Source: Mobula hypostoma
Taxonomy: Eukaryota
Direction of reading: 5' to 3'
DNA: 64,000 nucleotides
Assembly (NCBI RefSeq): GCF_963921235.1
Contig: NC_086108.1
Span: 11,904,001 to 11,968,000, forward strand
In this document: positions 57,134-64,000 of the stretch, in pieces
Layout of the letters: each line of letters begins with the position of its first letter
How positions within the stretch are numbered: the stretch's first letter is position 1
Program-made: the position numbers and the translations under genes
The notes under the pieces: generated by a model
What the model was told of the DNA's origin: nothing
Databases searched by the model: none
Seen by the model: only the letters and a program-made list of their open reading frames with translations

Positions 57134-58002
57134 TGTAACGCCCTGGTGAAGGTTTCATTGCTAACATGGTAGACTATTTCATGAAATGGGCTTTCTGTAG
57201 AAGCAGTGTTTGGGTTATCGTTAGAGATAAAGGGTGCTTAAGAATGCGAGCCATCCAATCAGGAGCCTTCGTCTTTGTTCGGCAGGAGATGAAGAGAGAA
57301 AACGACAGAGAAAACCTGTCATAGGAATTGATCCATGATTCGATGGAACAAGGTGGGGGAGTCTACTGAGGATCAATGAATAAGACTTTTGGAAGATTTG
57401 AGCTCCAACCTGCACACATTTGACTGTTTAATTGTAAGAGGACTCTTTTGCTTTTGTCTTTCTTTTCTTTACTATTTAGTTTAGTTGTGTTGGGCACGTG
57501 GCCAAGTGGTTAAGGCAATCGTCTAGTTATCTCAAGGTTGCTAGTTCGAGCCTCAGCTGTGGCAATGTGTTTGTGCCCTTGAGCAAGGCACTTAATCACA
57601 CATTGCTCTAGTCTGTGCAAGGAGTGGCGCCCCACACAGACTTCCAATTTGTTCCTTGTAAGGCATGAAAATGCCCGACGCAGGCCTCTCATAGTCTGAG
57701 TCGATGTCCCCCCCTTAGTTAAACTAATATTCATAAATATACTTCCTTTAATTACATGCAGTATGCGGTCTGTTATTTCCTGCCAACAAGCTGTAACAGG
57801 GCAGCAAATCACACAGCATTTACACAAACTGGGGCTTGGGTGGGAAAGCCATCCCAATCTCACAGATTTGGTGGAACTGGAGTGTGTATACCCTAGACAT
57901 ATGCGGCCGGAGAACAGGGGGTTTCTCCGGGTGCTGAGTTGGGAGACTTCCAATGAGGGCTAACAAGTGTTTCCTGAGATGCCCGGGAAGAAAGGGGGTT
58001 CA
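57134..58002. mobile_element. Probable solo LTR (~630 bp excluding the nested SINE)
   Basis: Begins TGTAACGCCC and ends GGGGGTTCA (TG...CA, imperfect terminal inverted repeat). Flanked by AAGA (57130-57133) and AACA (58003-58006), a 4-bp TSD with one mismatch; CCAAT at ~57256. Confidence 0.65.
57487..57714 (+). mobile_element. tRNA-derived SINE with CORE-like central motif, inserted in the LTR
   Basis: A box TGGCCAAGTGG (57499-57509), B box AGTTCGAGCC, GTGCCCTTGAGCAAGGCACTTAA motif; perfect TTAGTT duplication at 57481-57486 and 57715-57720. Confidence 0.88.
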
Positions 58003-58759
58003 AACATAACATTAGAGGTTGTGCCAGATGCTATAGAAATGCAATTACTTTTTACCTTTGTTTCAGATATCTGAACAACATTAAAGAAAAATCATAGCTG
58101 CAGCTTGGCACATGGGGAATTTGAGGGATCATTGAACCTCCACTGAATCGACAAATGTCCCTTTGAATGACTTTAATCCAAATTTTGTCAAATTTCAACC
58201 CACCGCCCACATTAACTTTGTGAATTAGAGCCGAGTGTGTCACAAACTGAGTCTCAGATCATCCCCGTGTTGTGTGGTCAGGACAACTATCAATAGAATG
58301 CTGGCTCCTAAAGAAAGCAATGAGTCATCCCTTAAGCACATACTGGTTCAGAATTATTTGATTTGATCCCTTTTAATGCATTTTATTTGGTTCCTTATGG
58401 TACACCTAAATTTGTTTTCTACTGTATGTGTTATGTTAATCGATCCATAATGCAAGGATTATATGTCAGATTCTTCCAGAGAAATTAACTATTTTCCCAT
58501 CATTCATACCCTGGATCTGCAGGTTTGTCACAACTAAAGACTTTGTCACATGTACACACACTCTTTCAGCCTCATCCTTTTCATGAATAACTTACATTTA
58601 TATAGAATCAAAGGAGGCAACAATGGAGAAACGGAACATCATGAATAGCAGATTGGCTGCTGGAGGCCTTTGTACTCAGGAAATCACTCTGTCCCTTTAT
58701 TTGGGAAAGAGAGAGCCTGTGCCATGTCAAATTGTCAGGAGAACAATTAGCTTTGTTGG

Positions 58760-59032
58760 ACGGCAGATCATGGTCTCTCTTTGGGGGCTTTGCTATTGCT
58801 TGTTAGTGGGTGGTGGCTGTTGATGTTCCTGCTGGAATGAGCGGGGGTGGGAGAGGTTTGATGCTTTGCTGTTGCTTGTGCGTAGGTGGGGTGAGAACGG
58901 GCTTTGGGGTTCTAATGTTTTACTGTCATTCATTCTTTGGGATTCTCTTCTGTTTTTGCAGTTGTCTATGAAGAGTAAGAATTTCAGGTTGTACATTCTC
59001 TGCTATTAAATGGAACCATTGAAGCACTGAAC
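58760..59032 (+). mobile_element. Interspersed repeat, probable LINE or non-autonomous retroelement 3' end
   Basis: GT-rich body ending GAAGAGTAAGAATTTCAGGTTGTACATTCTCTGCTATTAAATGGAACCATTGAAGCACTGAACC (ATTAAA signal plus short repeat tail). Family not assigned. Confidence 0.45.
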
Positions 59033-59049
59033 CAGTAAACCATTAAGCC

Positions 59050-60845
59050 ACACAGCACAGTACTATGGCCCAAATGTTGTGCCGAACTTTTATCCTTCAC
59101 CACAATCAATCTAACCCTTCCCTCCAGCTAAACCCTTCATTTTTCTATCATTCATGTGTCTACCTCAGAGCCTCTTAAATGGATCAGCCTTGATCTCCAC
59201 CTTTGGCAGTGCATTCCAGGCACTTACACACACTCTGAGTAAAAATAAACCCGCCTCTCACTTTCCCAATCCTTCCTCCAATCACCTCATAATTAAGCCC
59301 TCTCGTATTAGCTATTTCCACCCTGGGCAAAAATCACCGAGTGTTCACTCTGTCTATACAATAACAATATACTATATATACTATCTGTACCACAAGCGAC
59401 TAAATTAAATGCATTAAAAAGGCTAAAATCAATCATTCTCAACCAGATTAAGCCCTGAAGAAGGGCCTCAGCTCAAATCAACATCTCTTTATGCATTTCC
59501 ATAGATGTTGCCTGGCCTGCTGAGATCCTCTTGAGTGTGTTGCATTAGATTTCCAGCATTTGAAGAATCTCTTGTATTTATCACTCAGTCTATGCCTCTT
59601 ACCATCTTATATCATCTATCATGTCACCTTTCATCCTTCTTCACTCCAAAGAGAAAATCCTAGCTCACTCAGCCTTTTCACATAAGACATGCTCTCTAAT
59701 CCAGGCAACATCTCAGTAAATCGCCTCTGCCTTCTCTCTAATGCTTCCATATCCTTCCTATAATGAGGTGACCAGAACTGAAATTAATACTCCAAGTGTG
59801 GTTCACCAGAATTTTATTGACACTACTGCGTGATCCTTGAAACAATCTCCTGACTGATGAAGACCAACACACCATATGCCTTCTTCACAACTCTATCAAC
59901 TTGCATGGCAACTTTGTGGGATCTATGGACATGGACCTCAAGGTCTCTCTGTTCCTCCACACTGCCAAGAATCCTCCCAATCACCCTGTACTCCTCCTTC
60001 AAATTCAAACTTCCAATGTAAATCCCTTCACACTTTTCTGAGTTGAACTCTATCTGCCATCATTCAGTCCAGTTCTGCATCCTGATAGTATGACAATGTC
60101 CCATTGTAACCTATGATAACCTTCTACACTATCTACAACTCCATCAATCTTTGTGTCATCTGCAAACTCACTAACCCACCCTTTCACTTCCTCATCCAAG
60201 TCATTTATAAAAATCACAAAGAGCAGTGTTCCCAGAACAGATCCCTACAGTACAGCACCAGCCACTGACCTCCAGGAAGTATGTGTTTCATTCACAGCCT
60301 TCTATGGGCAAGCCAACTCTGTATGCACACAGCCAAGTTTCCCTGGGTGTTCGCTAGGCAGAATACATTTCTCTTACAACCACCCTCTGCTTTCTATGGG
60401 CAAGCCAATTCTGTATTCATACAGTCAAGTTTCCCTGCATCCCGTGCCTCCTGACTTTCTGAATTGCCTACTATGGGGAAACTTATCAAATGATTACTAA
60501 AATTCATACACACCACATAGCCTGCTCTGCCTTCATCAATGTGCTTTGTCATATCCTCAGAGAATCCAATTTGTCTCATGAGGCTTGATCTACTTCATAT
60601 AAAGTCATGCTGACAATCCCTAATCAGACTATGCTTCTGCAAATGTCTTTAAGAACCTTCCACAATGATTTGCCTGCCGCTGAAGTAAGACTTGCTGGTC
60701 TATAATTCCTAGGGTTATCCATACTCCCTTTCTTGAACAAAGGAATAACACTTATCACCCTCCAATCATCTGGTAATGCTCCTGTGGACATTGAGGACAC
60801 AAAGAAAATCTGAAAGGTGCAGCAATCTCTTCTTTCACTTGCGAT
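59050..60845 (-). mobile_element. Decayed CR1 LINE, ~1.8 kb, covering the RT domain to the 3' UTR
   Basis: Minus-strand RT motifs PDDWRVISVIPLFKKGSMDNPRNYRPASLTS, IDEGRAGYVVCMNFS, GSVLGTLL, FADDTK (~60151-60168) and LGSVEEQRDLEVHVHRSHKVAMQVDRVVKKAYG; many stops and deletions. Confidence 0.93.
59358..59580 (+). mobile_element. Insertion within CR1 carrying a Penelope-like terminal repeat end
   Basis: CCTGAAGAAGGGCCTCAGCTC...TTTCCATAGATGTTGCCTGGCCTGCTGAG...GATTTCCAGCATTTGAAGAATCTCTTGT, flanked by TCACTC[T/A]GTCTAT at 59345-59357 and 59581-59593. Confidence 0.75.
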
Positions 60846-61029
60846 GTAGAGATCTATCAGATCAGAGTTAATTATGGAATTACTAATATACAGATCTGAT
60901 AGGAGTATAGTCAGGTTACAGAGCCAAAAACTTCCATTAAAATCATTGCAAAGTACTGCAAATGGATCTTTCCAAGTAGTGGGATACTGCACTGCCTGTT
61001 CTGAGCATTTCCAACATTGTACATCCTTG

Positions 61030-61497
61030 TGTTCAAAGTTCAAAGTCAATTTTATTATTGAAGCATATATATGGCACCATATACAACCCATGACTCATTT
61101 TCCTGTGGGCATACTCAGCAATTTTATAGAATAGTAGCTATAGCAGGATCAATGAAAGATCAACTCAAGTGCAGAAGACAATGGACTGTGCACATGCAAA
61201 TATAAATAAATAGTGAGTAGAAGAGATAATGAGTTTTTAAAGTGAGATCATTGGTTGTGGGAATGTCTTGATAGATGGATAAGTGAATGTAATTATCTTC
61301 TATTATTCAACAGCCTGATGGTTGAAGGCTCTTGTATCTTCTACCTGATGGCAACAGCAAGAAAAGCAGCGAGCCTGGGTGGTGGGGTGATAGATGGGGC
61401 TTTCTTATGGCAGCAGTTTGTGTAGATCTACTCAACGGTTGGGAGAGCTTTACCTGTGATGTACTGGGCCAAATTCATTATCTTTTGTAGAATTTTG
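61030..61497 (-). mobile_element. Rex1/Babar LINE 3' fragment
   Basis: Minus strand CACCACCCAGGCTCGC..CTGTTGCCATCAGGTAGAAGATACAAGAGC (HHPG..LLPSGRRYKS); TTTGAAC-type tail at 61030-61045. Confidence 0.82.
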
Positions 61498-61929
61498 TGG
61501 GATGTGTGTGTAGACACATGGGATCCCCAAGAAAGGCCACGTCCCAGGAGATAAGAGGACTCAATATCTACATATCACCCTTGTAGTCAGTTGGAAACCA
61601 AATAGAACTCATGGCAGAAGCTGCTCAAGGAGCCAGCTCTGATGCTCCGTGCTTCAGGTTTCTGCTTATGAAACTTAATTCCACCCTTTGGGTTTAAGTG
61701 TAATGTCATTAAACCAATTATTCATTCTCTCAATTTGTTCTTTGTCAAAGACCAATAACTTGTTGCTCATCATGTCTGTATACAGAACTCATTACTTCAT
61801 CATAATTATCCCCATTTTATTTATTTAATTTCTTCTCTATCATAAAATTCCATTTTTATCTCCTTACTGCTCCACTGAAAGTTCCTTTCATCACTTCTCG
61901 TTCTGAACTGAATTATTAGCTAGTCTACT

Positions 61930-62287
61930 TCAGGCAGGGTGGAGATAGGTCTCTATCAGAGGAGGTGTAAGGCACTCCTTTCATCTGCTAGCCTGCAGGT
62001 GACCCTTGGTCCGTGTAGCACTAGCTTAGCCTCCCCCCCACGCCGTTTCCAACCCCCCCGCCCCGATCCCGATCAGGGTCACGTGAAGTTTTGGGAGCAG
62101 ATAATAGATGGTTGTGAGCAGCTGGTGCATATCACAAGTACTGGTTATGCAACCACTGATGCCAGGCAGATAATATCTGAAATGTACTGATAAGTTGTGG
62201 TCACCCCTCTTGTCAAGACACTGCTCAGAAGAAGGCAACATCTGTAGCATGTTCATGGGACTATGATCACCCACATCATACGATATG
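61930..62287 (+). mobile_element. Short non-autonomous retroelement with RTE-like 3' end and (GAT)n tail
   Basis: Ends CAGAAGAAGGCAA...CTATGATCACCCACATCATACGATATGGCACATGATGATGATGATGA; no Pol III boxes recognised. Confidence 0.55.
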
Positions 62288-62444
62288 GCACATGATGATG
62301 ATGATGACATCAGGAGATGAGACCCAGTTTCATAGCAGTGTAACTTCATTTCCAAAACAGCAAAAGGGAACCAAAAAAAACAATTGTCCAGCTCGGCTTA
62401 TTCTTCCTTGCAGGAAACAGTCATCAAGTTATTGACCACCCATT

Positions 62445-62810
62445 TGTTCCCCTTCCCTTTTCTTCTATTCCCCAGTCTGGCATCTTACTCCTTCTCTCCT
62501 ACTTATCACCTGTCCCTGGGTCCCCTCCTCCTTCCCTTTCTCCCATGGTCCATTCTCCTCTCCCATCTGATTCCTTCCTCCCCAGCCCTCTACCTTTCCC
62601 ACCCACCTGGTTTCACTTATCACCTTCTAGCTATCATCCTTCCCCTCATCCCACCTTTCTATTCTGGCATCTTCCCCCTTCCTCTCTAGTGCTGAAGAAT
62701 GGTCGCAACCTGAAACATCAACTGTTAATTCATTTCCATTGATACTGCCTGACTTCTGAGTTCCTCCAGCATTGCTTTGGATTTCGAGCATCTGCAGAAT
62801 CTTTTGTGAT
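62445..62810 (+). mobile_element. Penelope-like element terminal repeat (pseudo-LTR) with hammerhead-ribozyme-like core
   Basis: Long pyrimidine-rich tract, then CTGAAGA (62692-62698), ATGGTCGCAACCT, GAAA (62712-62715), then GATACTGCCTGACTTCTGAGTTCCTCCAGCATT...GCATCTGCAGAAT, shared with three other copies in the window. Confidence 0.75.
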
Positions 62811-63259
62811 TAAGATTCACTGTTACCATTTTATTAATGCCATTTATGCTCCATTTACTCTCACAAACATCTGCACTAGCTTTGTGCTTAGCTTTCTCCT
62901 GTAATTCCTTGTACCTCAGTCATTTTGACATGATTCTTCTCAGTGCTATGGCCAGGACATATAAACGTCCATTGAATCAGCACACACATGAGAAAAAGGT
63001 CGATACAGCCCTGACAGAGCATTCAGTGGTTCTAACCTTGGACAGCTCTGATTATATCATTTAGCAGAGAATTTGTGGGTTCTGACAGCCCTGACACGAC
63101 TAATCCACCTCCAGATCCTTGCAGGCACATTCTCAGCTATCAGTACATAGTTACCCGTTCATCATCCATACATCACTCAAAGTCTAAGGCTTGCAGGATA
63201 CAGCTAGTGCAATGAAACTTCAAGAGTAAGGAAAAGAGTCTTTGAAGACTGTGAGCTAC

Positions 63260-64000
63260 TGTCATACGGGGGTTGGGGGGGGGTGGCGCTGGGAGTGGAC
63301 CCAAATGCAAGACACAGACACTGAAGTACTAGGAACAGGACTAGGTGTGTCAAGCAAGCAAGGTAAGTGGGGAAGAAACGACGCTGGACAAGACCGAGGC
63401 CCTGGACAGGGCTAGAATACAGGGCCTGGGCTAGGACTAGACTAGGCAAGCGTGACCTGGACGAGGAACTAGGAACTTCAAACCCGGACAAAGACTCAAA
63501 GCCAGAGACTGGATAGGGACCCAGACCCTGGGTCTTGACTCTGGCTCAGACCCCAGATCTAGGCAAGGACGAATCGTGGCTACAGGATGAGGAGTGGCAA
63601 CAGGACTGGACGTGAGACTCCTGGACAGGACGAAGGAACCCCAACACAGGACTGGGCGAGGTATTCCTGGGCTGGGCAAGGCACATGGACAGGACGAGAA
63701 CATGAAGCTTTGACTTGATTGAGGGAGAACAGGAACGCAGAGCCTTGGTTGAGGGAGAACTGGAACACAGAGCCTAGGTCGAGGGAGAACAGGAACGCTG
63801 GACACAGAGCCTTGGTCTTGGGGAAGACAGGAACACAGAGCCTTGGTCTAGAGAGACAGGAACATGGAACACAGAGCCGAGACCCCTCCTTGGGAACAGG
63901 ACGTGGGGCTCGGACTCATGCACAGAATGCTGATCATGACAAGACAGTTCCTAACACAAGGTAGTGGCAAACGGCCAGACTTACCTAGCGAAGGCGTGGA
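63260..64000. mobile_element. Probable LTR-type element end (Gypsy-like), truncated by the window edge
   Basis: Abrupt start TGTCATACGG...GGACCCAAATGCAAGACACAGAC; CpG-richer, purine-skewed body of GGAC/AGGAAC motifs with an internal minisatellite. No coding domain seen. Confidence 0.45.
63717..63880. repeat. 30-bp tandem repeat (GAGGGAGAACAGGAACACAGAGCCTTGGTC), ~5 imperfect copies
   Basis: Units start at 63721, 63751 and 63781; reflected in the PVLPQPRLCV repeats of ORF 63437..63805. Confidence 0.88.

Noticed and set aside
53505..61091. RT-like ORFs as functional genes
   Set aside because: Fragmented by stops, frameshifts and deletions; they are LINE fossils annotated as mobile elements.

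Overview
Eukaryotic, gene-poor, repeat-rich DNA. The transposon repertoire (CR1, Rex1/Babar, Penelope terminal repeats, RTE-tailed SINEs) suggests a cartilaginous fish such as a ray or shark; this is inferred from recalled family motifs, not a search. About 74% of the window (~4360-51900) is one head-to-tail array of a 27-bp unit (GGAGAAGGAGGAGATGGTCAGTGTGTT, roughly 1,750 copies). The array is extremely G-skewed, has a CpG-free consensus, and is organised into nested sub-duplications and two domains with different diagnostic variants. The many long ORFs over it are artefacts of a unit that is open in 5 of 6 frames. The flanks hold a 19-bp minisatellite, an old degenerate 26-27-bp minisatellite that resembles the big array, and many retroelement relics: two tRNA-SINEs with target-site duplications (TSDs), a Hero-like LINE end, CR1 and Rex1/Babar fragments, Penelope terminal repeats with hammerhead-like cores, and a SINE-in-LTR-in-LINE nest. 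No intact protein-coding gene, RNA gene or CRISPR array is supported. A speculative chain of minus-strand exon-like segments points into the array and could be a repeat-rich lncRNA or a decayed gene.
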